NCBI GenBank assembly: GCA_030390025.1
Contig: CM059433.1
Location: 4,774,001-4,838,000, forward strand
Origin: Squalus acanthias
Lineage: Eukaryota
Direction: 5' to 3'
Length of the DNA: 64,000 nucleotides
Shown: in pieces, positions 1 to 12,309 of the stretch
How positions within the stretch are numbered: the stretch's first letter is position 1
How the letters are laid out: every line of letters begins with the position of its first letter
Notes under the pieces: generated by a model
Database searches by the model: none
Told to the model about the DNA's origin: nothing
The model's input: only the letters and a program-made list of their open reading frames with translations
Made by a program: the position numbers and the translations under genes

Positions 1-59
1 GCCCCCCCCCCCCTTTTTTTCCCTCCTAGAAGCTGGCAGCTGTCCTTCATTCTGCCAGT

Positions 60-320
60 GCATTTCACACTTCTTTTAGCCTTAACCTGTCACATTAACA
101 CCACCTCTTGCCTTGAATATCTCTTAATGTCTCTTAATCTCTCCTTTTGTTCTTTCATCCCCTCCCCCTTTTCCCAGCTTTATCCTTGCCTTAAATCTAT
201 TTGATTTCCTGCTGTCTCCAGTTCTGATGAAAGGTCTCGACCTGAAACGTTAACTCTGTTTCTCTCTCCACGGATGCTGCCTCGCCTGCTGAGTTTTTCC
301 AGCGTTTTCTGTTGTTATCT
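60..320 (+). mobile_element. Penelope-like element terminal (pseudo-LTR) fragment
   Basis: Pyrimidine-rich run followed by ttctgatgaaaggtctcgacctgaaacgttaactctgtttctctc...gatgctgcc...ctgctgag. Parts of this block recur at ~11420, 38155, 42480/42600, 49610 and 60820. Confidence 0.7.
220..255 (+). ncRNA. Minimal type I hammerhead ribozyme motif (Penelope-associated)
   Basis: AGTT-CTGATGA(224-230)-A-AGGTC/GACCT hairpin-GAAA(244-247)-CGTT-AACT. Both catalytic boxes, stem II and a 4-bp stem I are present. Confidence 0.7.
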
Positions 321-495
321 CTATTTATGAAGCCCAGGATCCCGGATGCTTTTTTAAACCACTTTCTCAACCTGCCCTGCCACCTTCAACGATTTGTGCA
401 CATACACCCCCAGGTCTCGCTGTTCATGCACCCGCTTTAGGATTGTACCCTTTAGTTTATATTGCCTCTCCTCGTTCTTCCTACCAAAATGTATC
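321..495 (-). mobile_element. CR1 LINE ORF2 (RT) fragment
   Basis: Translates as HFGRKNEERQYKLKGTILKRVHEQRDLGVYVHKSLKV. Confidence 0.85.
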
Positions 496-614
496 AAATG
501 TATTAACAGAGCCAAAGTATATTTAATGTAAAAGCCGAGGAGATACAGACATACCAGAATGAAGGACAGGAAAAGAGCAGCTGTTCGATCGAGTCTGTCA
601 TGGTCCAACTGATG

Positions 615-1060
615 GAAACATAGAATAATAGGAGCAGGAGTCGGCCATTCGGCCCTTCGAGCCTGCTCCGCCATTCAATATGATCATGGCTGCTCCTCTA
701 TCTCAATACCATATTCCCGCTCTCTCCCCATACCTCTTGATGCCTTTTCTGTCTAGAAATCTATCTATCTTCTTCTTAAATATATTCAGTGACTTGGCCT
801 CCACAGCCTTCTGTGGTAGAGAATTCCACAGGTTCACCACCCTCTGAGTGAAGAAATTTCTCCTCATCTCAGTCCTAAATGTCCTACCCCGTATCCTGAG
901 ACTGTGACCCCTCGTTCTAGACCCCCCAGCCAAGGGGAAACATCCTCCCTGCATCCAGTCTGTCCAGCCCTGTCAGAATTTTATACGTTTCAATGAGATT
1001 CCCTCTCATTCTTCTAAACTCCAGTGAATACAGGCCTAGTCGACCCAATCTCTCCTCATA
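615..1060 (-). mobile_element. CR1/HER1 LINE 3' end
   Basis: RTRGHSLRIRGR...RRNFFTQRVVNLWNSLP, then a 3' UTR with ttctatgtttc tail. Confidence 0.9.
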
Positions 1061-1199
1061 CAGACCAGGACCCCATTCCCCCACCAATCATCGCACAACC
1101 TCCTGGGAGAGGCAAAGAGAGAAGAAACCAGAGGCCAATTTAAAGAAAAGAAACTCTGCGACATTCTCCTCCGCTTCCCAAAGGTGAACAAAGAAGCTT

Positions 1200-1550
1200 C
1201 AGGAGACGGCAGTGACGGAGACAGATCTCCAATACCCACACTCAGGAAATCATCCAGCTCCCTTTTGAATGTTTGCAGCAGATCCATGATCACTGCACAA
1301 GCCAGCACCTCGCCTCTGAATAATTGCGAGGGCCTCAGTATCACCCACCGGGTGAGGCAATTACAACTGGAAACACTATTATAATTGGGGCCTAACAAAG
1401 GCCTTATGCAAAAACAGTGCAGCATTTCTTTGTATAATTTACGTCCTGGTAATACAACTGGACACTCTATTTGGATTTCCAATAGCCTTGCAGCACTGGC
1501 CCTGAACCTTCCGAGATTCACGCATTAGAACATCCAGCTCCTGGTCTTAT
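1200..1550 (-). mobile_element. Old degenerate LINE RT C-terminal remnant
   Basis: Ends in ...LQTFKRELDDFL, resembling CR1-group C-termini. Confidence 0.4.
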
Positions 1551-2721
1551 GGTATGAAAAATGAGAACAAATAAGGAACCTGAGTTCGTCAAATTTTAAA
1601 GACGGTTTTCAAAAAAAAAGGGAGTCAATTCTTCAGTCAGGACAATGTGATCTCCAGGAAAGCTGCAGAGCACTGACGGGCGGCACAATTAGAAAAGTTC
1701 AGAGGACAAAAAGTTCATTTCACTGATCCCCATTATAAACATTTTGAAGTTGCATTCTCCACTTTAGCTTTATAGCCCATTAAAACTTACAAAGTATATC
1801 CATTCTGCAAGATAAGGATCTTGGGGGGGGGGAAAAAAAAGATTTACTGCAAGCTGGAAAAGATCATTCAGCATGAAGGGGTTAATCAATCTCCCTCCAC
1901 CAAAAAAAGCAAGAAAAACACAGATTATTATGCGGATTTCTATTATTAGAGTGTTTAGGCTAGGCAACATTTTTCACAGTTGTCCTGACCTTCAATAGCT
2001 GGTCATATCAGGCCTGTATAACACCCTGTACTTTCAATAAAGTCATGGTCACAGAATTTCCTGGCATTGGGAGAGATGTTATCCATTAGTCTGAACAGAC
2101 TCAATTTAAACCATTCACACAAAAGAAATGACAATTGGGGCAGATTTTCAACTTGGTGCAAATGTCTGCGCCGACACTGAAATGGGCGCGTAGCGGTGGG
2201 GATAAACAGGCAGGAATCCATTTTGCAGGGTCCCCAATCGCCTTGCACTGCGCAACAATTTCTGGCCACGATATATTGTGACAGCAACGCTTTAATCAGC
2301 AATCTCACATGGAAATGAGGTCAGACACAAAATCCCAACATTTTTGCGACCAGATCTTCGGTGCAAGTAGTCCACCCATAAATAATGGTCACAAAACATC
2401 ATGAACATTCAGGCCTCGTCCAGGAATTAGGAAACAAAATGTATTTTTGGTTGCAAGCCAAAAAAAAAAAGTGCTAAAATTGGTAGTGGACTGCCTGCAC
2501 CCGCCATAACCCACACGGTCGTGTTCACAGACCCGTGCACAGCAAGCTGGGAACATCCGACACCTTGGGCTCTGCAGCCGAGGATGCTGAAAGGAGTCAG
2601 CCCTCCGGCCGGCAGGTTCCCACTCCTACACTGCAACACAAAATGCTCCTCCTCACGTGTGCTCTGTTATTCACCCAGTGCCACCGCCTCAAACTGATTA
2701 TCCGAATCCCCCAAGCCCCGT

Positions 2722-3016
2722 CTGCCCTCTCAGGTGGACGTAAAAGATCCCCATGGCACTATTTCGAAGAAGGGCAGGGGAGTTCTCCCCGGTGTCCTGG
2801 GGCCAATATTTATCCATCAACCAACATCAGTAAAACGTGATGATCTGGTGATTATCACATTGCTGTTTGTGGGAACTTGCTGTGCGCAAATTGACTGCCG
2901 CATTTCCCACATTACAACAGTGACTCCACTTCAAATAGTACTTAATTGACTGCAAAGTGATTTGAGACGTCCGGTGGTCGTGAAAGGCGCTATAGAAATG
3001 CAAGTCTTTCTTTTTT
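2722..3016 (+). mobile_element. SacSINE1/DeuSINE-like SINE, 3' half
   Basis: ggcactatttcgaagaag...ttatcacattgctgtttgtggg...gaaaggcgctatagaaatgcaagtctttc. About ten copies or fragments occur in the window. Confidence 0.8.
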
Positions 3017-4169
3017 AGCGAGTGATGCAGATGAGAAGGGTGCTGGCTTCTTCTGTGGCCTGGGGAGCTAAAGCTCATTTTCAGGGGGGCGGGGAGGTAT
3101 AGAAACAGAAGAGGTACATGTTTTAGAATGTTGGGCACTCTGATCCTCATTTAATTATTATGTACCTGTCACCATATTGAGTACCATGGTGTTGTGTCTG
3201 AATGTATGAGTGAGTGAGCGAGCATGGTGAAAGGAAGTAACAGGAAGAGGATGGTACCTGCCCTCTGTTCAGGGTAGGCCTCCAGCTTCAGCTAGGACAA
3301 TTCTCTCTCCGCTCTCATTACCAATGAATTCCATAGCTGCTGCTTCAAAGACATTTAAGGATTTGAGATTGAGCGTACCTCCTCGTGCGCGCTTCGCTCC
3401 CTTCTGTTATGAGCTGATTTGTCCGGTCAGCTGAGAAATAATGTCCGGATTTTGAAAGTCTCATGGAGCGCACATGCGGATACTTAAATGCACATTCTGC
3501 ATCCCAGCATGTGCGAGAGTAAATGAACATGCATTATGCAGCTAGATTTTGTTTAGTGGGAGCCTCGTTGATGGCATAATTCACCCTCATAAAAATGAGG
3601 GTGGCTGGGAACACAGCGGGTTGGAGCCGGGAGGTAACAGTTTCAAATTCTCGCTGGCCAAAAGTGGGGTTAAAGTCACGGCCCATGTCTTTCTCCCTCT
3701 ATCGCTCTTGCTGTCTCATAGGTGTTTGCTTATACCTTTTGAGATAGATACCATCAGCAATTAACTTTTCTAATTGTCAACAAAACACAGGTGAGATCAT
3801 TAGTTTTCTTCACAATTCTACTTTTTCTTAAAATAAACTAACATTAACAGAAAGAAAGACACTCTCCCCCTCAGTTTAAGATATTTTAAGTTTATAGGCC
3901 ACGTTACAAAAGGTTCAAGGGCATTATCAGTTTCACGCAGACACAGCCTCTATGTTTTAAAAGAAAACTCAATATAAACCTTACCCGAGTGAAGCTTTTT
4001 TACATTTTTCCTCCTGTGCTTCAAAATTAATTGAAGAAAAAGTAATGATCATAAAGTGCGAGAAGCTTGAAAAAAAATATAGGGAGCCCCTGGGGCCTCA
4101 CCATTCAGGCACAGGTTTGGACCCTGCACCTCCTGTGCACCTCAAGATGTGCCCGAATTTCTGGGCCAA

Positions 4170-4650
4170 CATGTTTCACCAATGTAGAGCAGCAATCAAC
4201 AAAGCCAATAGAATGTTCAACTATATAACCAAAACAGGAAAAGTCAGAGGAAGTTGTGATCAAACTGGATAGTGTACTGGTCAGATAACACCTCAAGCAC
4301 TGTGTCCGGTTCTGGTCATTCAAATATTGGATGCAATGCAGAGAAAGCTAATCCCTAGTGTCAGGAGTTCTGAGCAAAGATTGGGAGAAACTTGTGCTTT
4401 TCAGCCCTGAAAGGAGACATCAATGAGGTGACCATGTAGAAGTACAAAAATGGTATGGGAAAAGTAAACCCAAAAAATTATTTTATATTAACTGTGCGAG
4501 TAGAACAAAGGGACACAGATACAAACTAGTTAAAGTCAAATTAAGAACTGATATCAGGAAATTCTCCTTCACACAGAGTAATCAATGCATGGAATAGACA
4601 TCCAGATAGAGTAGTTGAAACAAAAACCATGGAATTATTTAAGAACCAAC
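4170..4650 (+). mobile_element. Old CR1 3' fragment
   Basis: QCRAAINKANRM..., and agaacaaagggacacagatacaaacta (RTKGHRYKL) motif. Confidence 0.65.
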
Positions 4651-4666
4651 TATGCAACAGTAGCAG

Positions 4667-4688
4667 GGTGTGTGTGTGTGTGTGTGTG
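4667..4688. repeat. (GT)n microsatellite
   Basis: gtgtgtgt run. Confidence 0.9.
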
Positions 4689-4924
4689 AAAGTGCATGTG
4701 TGCGTGGGGGGGGGTGGGGGGAAATGTGAGTATTCTGGATGGATTAAATAGAATTAGACAGTCGCCCCACGACCTGGCTCCAATACCCAAAGAAGTTTCA
4801 TGACCTCAGACGGGTGGTCAAGGTCAGTGAATGCATCTTCAAAAGCCGTCTCCTATCAACTGCACCACTAGCCTCACACACTGCTCAATGCACGACCACC
4901 CCCCCCCGCCCCCTCACTCACCTA

Positions 4925-6560
4925 CCAACAATCTCTAGTGGAGTGGAGTCGCCGAACACACTGCTCTTGGCTTAGGTATAGGTAGAAGCGCTCCCTGAAG
5001 ACCCTAGGTGGGCAAGGCCTCCTGCTGAGAGTTCTCCTCCTCCTCCCTCTGCGAGCAGCTTGTCTTCTTTGCTGCCTGCATGGACTCATTTGATTGCTGT
5101 GATTATGTTCCACGGAGTCGGCCAATCTCTACATGGAAGAAGACATCCTCGCAATGCCCTGCAACATCAACCCACTCACACTTGAGCCGGACTCCTCCAT
5201 TGTCTCTGCAATCGTGGACAGTGGGCCTGAAGGCCTGCCAGTGCATCACAGATTTTTTTGCTGCCCCTCAAATGATGATCTGGGGTACAGCATCTATGTC
5301 CAGCTGAGCAGAGCTTGGAGAGGACGGTGCCCTCCGACGCGGACTCTCCACAGCGGTCCCTGCCACTACTATCGGCTCGTGCTCACTTGTGAACTGTGAG
5401 TCACCCTGTGAAATCCCAACTAACTGCCGAGCTGGGCCCACTGAAGTGCGAGTATCTGCGCTGGTGCACGAGTCCGGTAACGGTGTACCCTCAGAATCAG
5501 CTCCTCAGAGGATTCATCATCCGGGAGGTTCACCGACTGCTGCTGTGCACATGACGGCCCTGGCGGAGAGAAAAGGTATGAATGAGTCCGGGCAAGGTAA
5601 GCATATTTCAACTTAGCATTATGAAGATGATCATATTTCACTCGCTGCTAAAACCAAGTCAACAATTCGAGTGCTTATCTCTCCATCTCCGATGGTCAGG
5701 GCTGCCAAAACACCACTGATCTCGAATGCTTTCTCCTCTGCAGCTGTCAACTGCACAATCTGCGGAGGTCCACCACCGGTGCTCTCACTCTCTCTCTTGC
5801 TCCCTATTGTTCTGTGCTCTCTTCTGCTGCAACAGGGAAAAGGACAGAACTAGGAGTGAGAGTAATGGCATGTGTTCACCCATTGGCTGCAGTGCATCTG
5901 GTGAGGGTGACCATCACGGCGAGGCATCAAATTGCATCGAGACCAAGGTGAGTAGGAGTGGTGGAAGGATAGATGGGGATGTGGGGAAGTGCATAGACAG
6001 AGAAGGATGGGTGCGCATGTAAGGTAAGTGGGTGTGAGGAGTTATGTGATGGGGTCGGCTTGACAAGGTAATGTGCATAACAGGATGTAGAGGAATGTGC
6101 AACTGGTTAGGTCATTAAAGCACTCCCTGCACTGAATCCAGCAAGGTGGCACAATGCTCCTGGTGCGGATCTCCTTGGCCACCTCCAGCCACGCCTTTTT
6201 TGTTGGAGCAGCAGGTTTCTTCCGCTCGTTGCTGGGGAAGAGTATCTCTCTCTGACTCCGCACTGCACCCAGCAGTGCATCAAGGGATGCGTCATTAAAT
6301 CTTGCTGAAGCCCATGAGCGTCCAGAATCCATTGCAGCACTTCTTTGTAGCAACTCTTAAATACTCCAAGTTTCATCCTTGGATTGGCCCTTTAAATGCT
6401 CCAGTTGGGATTGCGTCACATGGGTCCGCACCACGCTCGCTGTTATATCATAATGAGGTGGCTCTGTTGAACTACCACAAACCCACGCGCTGAAACTTTT
6501 TTCTGGATTTCGCACCCAATATCGCAACCCAACTAGGCTCCGAATGTGCCTCAGAGTTAT
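4925..6560 (-). mobile_element. Decayed PIF/Harbinger transposon: Myb/SANT-like gene plus transposase N-terminus
   Basis: 6107-6330(-) gives ARFNDASLDALLGAVRSQREILFP...KKAWLEVAKEI...WIQCRECFNDLT (Myb/SANT-like). 5670-5830(-) gives ESTGGGPPQIVQLTAAEE. 4930-5085(-) gives RRPCPPRVFRERF...SQEQCVRRL (HARBI-like N-terminus). Stops and frameshifts are present. Confidence 0.7.
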
Positions 6561-7189
6561 CATTGGGGCCAATGTGTCTGCTTTTAACACATACTCAACT
6601 CATCTTTATCTTTAAGGTACACAATTTATTCTGCCCCTGGAAAAACAGGATTCTGCACGATCAGCTTTCTCAGGTTTGGGTATTTATTGCATACACAGAA
6701 GTATTTTTCCACTTAACTACTGTGTTTATTAATTCACAAGACACTGCCATACATTGAACCAGGGCATGACTGCCGAATCATTCAAAGTATTGTAGATTCA
6801 GCATCAGCTATCAGCAGGACCACCATTACCTTCATATTCTTCCTCAGCTTCTTATGTAGTTGTGTTTTACTACATCAGAACATACAAATGCAGGGAATAT
6901 ACATATCACAAACATACTTAACCTACCATAAGAAACTGCTGTGATGATTATGTTCAATGCACTTTCAAATTGATGCATAATTATCTGTGACTTTATTACA
7001 ATAATATTTGTAAAGTACAATTCAGAAAGGATCCATTATGTTAGATTGACAAATTGATAATAATATTGCAGTTTCTTCTGCAATATGCAACAGCAAATTA
7101 CATCAATTACTATCTTCTTCCGTAAAAAAAAAACTACGGTCCTTACACTAACATGAGGGAAGGGGGAACAATGTATTTCTCCATTCATG

Positions 7190-8465
7190 TTATTAAGGAC
7201 GTGGTAACAGGGCACTTAGAAAATAATAATAGGATTGGGCAGAGTCAACACGGATTTATGAAAGGAAAATCGTGTTTGACAAATCTGTTAGAGGTTTTAA
7301 CTAGCAGAATAGATAAGGGGGAACCAGTGGATGTGGTGTATTTGGATTTTCAGAAGGCATTTGATAAGGAGCCACACAAGAGGTTATTAAACAAAATTAG
7401 GGCTCATGAGATTGGAGGTAATATACTAGCATGGATTGAGGATTGGTTAACGGACAGAAAACAGAGAGTTGGTACCCCACAAGGATCAGTGCTTGGGCCT
7501 CAGCTATTTACAATCAACATCAATGATTTGGTTGAGGGGACCAAATGTAATATATCCAAGTTTGCTGATGATACAAAGCTGGGTGGGAATGTAAGTTGTG
7601 AGGAGGATGCAAGGAGGCTTCAAGGGGATATAGACAGGCTAAGTGAGTGGGCAAGAACATGGCAAATGGAATATAATGTGGAGAAATGTGAAGTTATCCA
7701 CTTTGGTAGGAAAAATAGAAAAGCAGAGTATTTTTTCAATGGTGAGAGATTGGGAAATGTTGGTGTTCAGAGGGACCTGGGTGTCCTTGTACACGATCAC
7801 TGAAAGTTAACATGCAGGTACAGCAAGCAATTAGGAAAGCAAATGGTATGTTGGTCTTTATTACAAGAGGATTTGAGTATAAGAGTTTTACTGCAATTAT
7901 ATAGGGCCCTGGTGAGACCACACCTGGAGTATTGTGTACAGTTTTGGTCTCCTTACCTAAGGAAGGATATACTTGCCATAGAGGGAGTGCAACGAAGGTT
8001 CACCAGACTGGTCCCTGGAATGGAGGGATTGTCCTATGAGGACAGATTGAGTAGACTAGGCCTATATTCTCTGGAGTTTAGAAGAATGAGAGGTGATCTC
8101 ATTGAAACATACAAAATTCTTACAGGGCTTGTCAGGGTAGATGCAGGGAGGATGTTTCCCCTGGCTGGGGAACCAGTCTAGAACCAGGGGTCACAGTCTC
8201 AGAATAAGGGGTCGGCCATTTAGGACGGAGATGAGGAGAAATTTCTTCACTCAGAGGGTGATGAATCTTTGGAATTCTCTACCCCAGAGGGCTGTGGAGG
8301 CTCAGTCATTGAGTATATTCAAGGCTGAGATCGATAGATTTTTGAATATTAAGGGAATCAAGGGATATGGGGATAGTGTAGAAAATTAGCCATGATCTTA
8401 TTGAATGGTGGAGCAGGTTACGAAGGGCCAAATGGCCCACTCCAGCTTCTCTTTATGTTCTTATG
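7190..8465 (+). mobile_element. CR1/HER1 LINE, RT to 3' end, frameshifted
   Basis: QHGFMKGKSCLTNL, YLDFQKAFD, PQGSVLGP, KFADDTK motifs and 3' UTR tail. Confidence 0.95.
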
Positions 8466-8689
8466 TCTCTGTACATTTGATTAACGTGATTTTGTATGTT
8501 AAAAGCCACGTTATAAATATGCTTCAATAGATTTAACCAAAAAAAAAAATCGATTGTATGGTTTTTGTTTAAATAAAATCTCGATGCTAGTGTCTTTTGT
8601 CAATCGGTATTTCCAGCACAGAGAATGGAAGGCAATTTCTAGCCTGGTTTCTTGCAAAAGAACCCAGATGTCTGAAAATTATAAAATGG

Positions 8690-9305
8690 TAACCTCGGCT
8701 TTAACTCGGGACACAAGTGCGAGGAGCGGGGCAAGTAGCACGCTCGCACGGCAGCGCTGGCATTAGGCCGGATCCATTTTAACTCCCGGGCCTCATCTGC
8801 ATATTGGATGTCAGACTCCCGCCCGAACCCAGTGGACATCACTCGGTGACTGAAGGGTAGGAACGGGATTTTGTGCGGCAGAAGTTCACCACCAGGGATC
8901 CGGGAGAGCATCGCGTTTGGGAATTAAGAGGGAGGGACTCCTGCTCCTCCTGACCAACAAAGAAACCCAGGAGGAAAAAAAAAAATGACCGGCCTTCCTG
9001 GGCCTCTTCTGTCCCCACTCCTGTTTGCCACCAGGACTCGCTGGCGGATCCGGCACTGTCCATGTCTTGTGCAAGCTGCAGTTAAAATCGCGTCAAGGTC
9101 CTAATTGTGTCATAGGAGCCTGACTTTAACATATTCATGAAGCCCACGCCTGCCTGTGGCAAGAAGCACCTCTGATGCTTCTCAAAACCCGGGAGTTAAA
9201 ATGGCAGCGAGCGGCGAGAATGGAGTGTTAAGCACTTTACCGCATTTTAACCCCACCCCCCACCCGCCCCATTCTTGTTGGGCACGGGAGGTAAAAATCA
9301 AAGTG
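8690..9305. mobile_element. GC-rich non-autonomous DNA transposon-like element
   Basis: Degenerate inverted ends (acctcggctttaactc vs rc of gggaggtaaaaatcaaagt) and an abrupt GC rise. Confidence 0.4.
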
Positions 9306-9825
9306 TTTAAGCTGTCTGGTGGTAAGTCAGTACTGATGGACATATTTACTAAAACATCCATTTTCTTTACGCCGATTAATGATGGTCTAAAAGTTCTGCG
9401 TGACCATATAACCAGAGTGGTGAAAAACAGTAGAGTGCTTTAATGTTGTTTGGTTAACAGCCTTGCATAGATGTGAAAATTGGGCCGTGAATGCAGAGGC
9501 GAGATGATGGAGAAGTTTGACTAATGGTGTTAAAGACAGATATTAAAACGTGGTTGGCGCGGGGAAACAAAAAGAACAAAAGAGAGACAAAACAGAGGAG
9601 GGAGAGCCAGGAAGTATGGTTTTTGCAGACTGGACTAGCCATGGTAGCATTCACGGATGTATAATTAAAAGGCCAGCCGAGATCTCATGAAGCTCACCAG
9701 TGAGGGTATTAACAGTGTATTTTTATGTTAATTTATATTTGAAAAGACGACTGGTAAAATCTGCTTGGAAAGTATTCTGCTGTAATGCTCGATCATATTT
9801 TGGAAGTCCACGGATATAGAAAAAA

Positions 9826-10265
9826 TGTGCATTTATATAGCAGCCTTTCATGTCCTCGACCCATGACCCAATGTCCACTGGGTTCCAAAGAACTCAACAA
9901 CTGTTCTGAAGTGTAGTGACTGTTTTATAGACAAACACAGCAGCCAATTTGCACAAAGCAGAAGGTGCCACGAATACCAGGAAGATAAATGACCAGTTAA
10001 ACTGTTTTGGTTGAGGAATAAACGTTGACCAGGGCACTGGGAGAACTCTTCTGCCTCGTGCCAAGGGATCTTTTCCATGCACTGAAACTGACACAGCCAG
10101 GGTTTAACATCTCATCCAACAAAAGACTGTACCTCCAACAATGCAGCACACTCCTTCAGTATCGCTCGGAAATGTCCGTCTGGACCGTGTGCTAAAAGTC
10201 CCTGGAGTGGGCTTGAACCCACGACCTTCTGACTCAGAGACGAGAGCACGACTACCAAGCCAAGC
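9826..10265 (-). mobile_element. SacSINE1-like SINE, diverged near-full copy
   Basis: Reverse complement of the 38383-38822 copy, including the tRNA-like head near 10200-10262. Confidence 0.75.
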
Positions 10266-10387
10266 TAACACCGTAAATGAAAATGAGGTTGGCCAAGGAG
10301 CTTTAAATATGGACCATTAAAAGAGGAAGTCACGTGATATGATAATGCCGCGCTATTAAAGAGGCAGTCAGCCAACGAAGTTCGTAC

Positions 10388-10571
10388 CCAACGCAATTTG
10401 TTATCTTTAAAGGGAATATCCACGTCATGCAAAAGAGAATCAAAAGTGAATGACATTGTGCTGAAATTATAAAATTCTCCAGGTGTTGTCTGAAGTACAG
10501 ACACCGGACGTATGTTCAATATATGTGAAGAACTGGAGGATGAAACGAGAAAGCTTTCATCCTTTACTAAA
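10388..10571 (-). other. Candidate exon of an unidentified minus-strand transcript
   Basis: ttacag acceptor, gtacga donor, open frame LVKDESF...DNKLRW. No recognisable homology. Confidence 0.3.
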
Positions 10572-11181
10572 CTGTAATATAACATCCATTTAGTCAAGCC
10601 TGCATGAAGCAATAAACACTAATCCTGGCACTGAATAAAACCCCACGACTTGCAATGTCATCCAATCCCATTTTTTCTTGGCCTGCTTCCTCCCATGAAC
10701 CCAGATGTTAGCCACCTAATACATAAGCTAAAGAGGATTCAAAAACAATTATCTAGAGAGAAAAAAAAACTGTTTTGTTCCAGGGGAAAATAGCATTTAT
10801 ATCTGACCGGGATAAACTGGGCCCTCGAGAAATAGAATTGGTATATACATATAAAGTAGCGTACAATTATGTTCAAGAAAGCTTTCATACGAGAAAACCT
10901 GTTTGGTTCAATATTTGTTCACGACAAAAAGAACAGCAAACAATTTTTTCCTGAGAGGCAACAAAATAAAAAGGTTACTGTGACCCAGCGAGTTCATTGG
11001 CTCTATTGGGAAATTGCAAGGTCTGAATGGAGCAGCATCAGACATAACACACTACAAAAGACTGAAAAGCTTATGTAATTATGCCGTGGCAATCTGAAAA
11101 TGGTCAACTCCACTTAAAAGAGGAATGCAACTCATGAGATAACTGTCATGTTAAGTATCCCGAGATGTATCTAGAATTTAC

Positions 11182-11336
11182 TCTAAGTTTTTTGTCTTCA
11201 TTAAGGTGAAGAATGTTGCTGCTGAAGAATGAAACATTTTTCCACTTTTGGATCACAATGGGGTCTATTAATGCACTTTTAAGAAGAGTATGACTATTCT
11301 CTAGGAACTGTATGTAATTATGAAAACCTCCTTTTA
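11182..11336 (-). other. Candidate exon of an unidentified minus-strand transcript
   Basis: tttgttcag acceptor, gtaaat donor, open frame KGGFHNYIQF...EDKKLR. Confidence 0.3.
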
Positions 11337-11419
11337 CTGAACAAACCATAATCCGGGGAAAGATTATGTACAGCACAGTAATAATTCTCGGTCCACAATG
11401 TGTGAATGTACAATAAAAA

Positions 11420-11525
11420 AAACCCAGAAAATACTGGAAATACTCAACAGGTATTTCAATAACAGCATATGTGGAGAGAAACAGAGTTAACGTTTCAGGT
11501 CGATGACCTTTCACCAGAACTGCTG
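11420..11525 (-). mobile_element. Penelope terminal fragment with mutated hammerhead core (CTGGTGA)
   Basis: rc reads agttctggtgaaaggtcatcgacctgaaacgttaactctg. Confidence 0.65.
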
Positions 11526-11894
11526 AATGTATATTTCACCTGTTTTTCGTGGTTTTTGGGGGAAAATGCAGACTGGACCCAAAATTCTTCGGCTTATTTC
11601 TGACCACAGATTCTGTAAATTAAAGATTAGGGTCTTGGAAGCAACCAACAATCACAAGCTATTTCGATTAAGAATTCTGCACAAACTTTATAGAATTACA
11701 ATTTGGGGTATTTCATGACTAATTTGCAATATAAAGGTGCAAATTTATGAGAATTTAATTATTTTTCATGGAATAACGCAGTTCACAAAATCAAACGTTG
11801 GTTTCAAATATGAAGTTATTAGAGCATCTATTGTAAAATTCAAGATGCCGGCAGCTCAGAATTTTTCTGCTGAAATGTAATCACGTGATCCAAA

Positions 11895-12172
11895 AATGTG
11901 CGGGTTAGGTTGATTTGGCTATGATAAATTGACCCTTAGTGTTAGGGGGGGATTAAATATGTGGGGTTATGGGGATAGGATGGGATATGTTAGGGGGAAT
12001 TAAATACGTGGGGTTACGGGGGGCAGGTGGGATATGTGTACTGTGGGGATTAAAGCAGGGACAGGGTACTGGATTTGAATGATCAGCCATGATCGTATTG
12101 AATGGTGGTGCAGGCTCGACGGGCCGAATGGCCTACTCCTGCTCCTAGATTCTATGTTTCTATGTTTCTATG
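11895..12172 (+). mobile_element. HE1-type SINE 3' half with CR1/HER1-derived tail
   Basis: Matches 48343-48470 and ends in (ttctatgt)n. Confidence 0.7.
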
Positions 12173-12309
12173 TGATATTTTTGGTGAATAAGATTTTTGG
12201 AAAATGCGATTGGTAAATTTAAACTGTTTCTAGTGGCAGAAGGGTTGGTAACCCGAGGACACAGATTTAAGGTGATTGGCAAAAGAACGAGAGGCGACAT
12301 GAGGAAACT

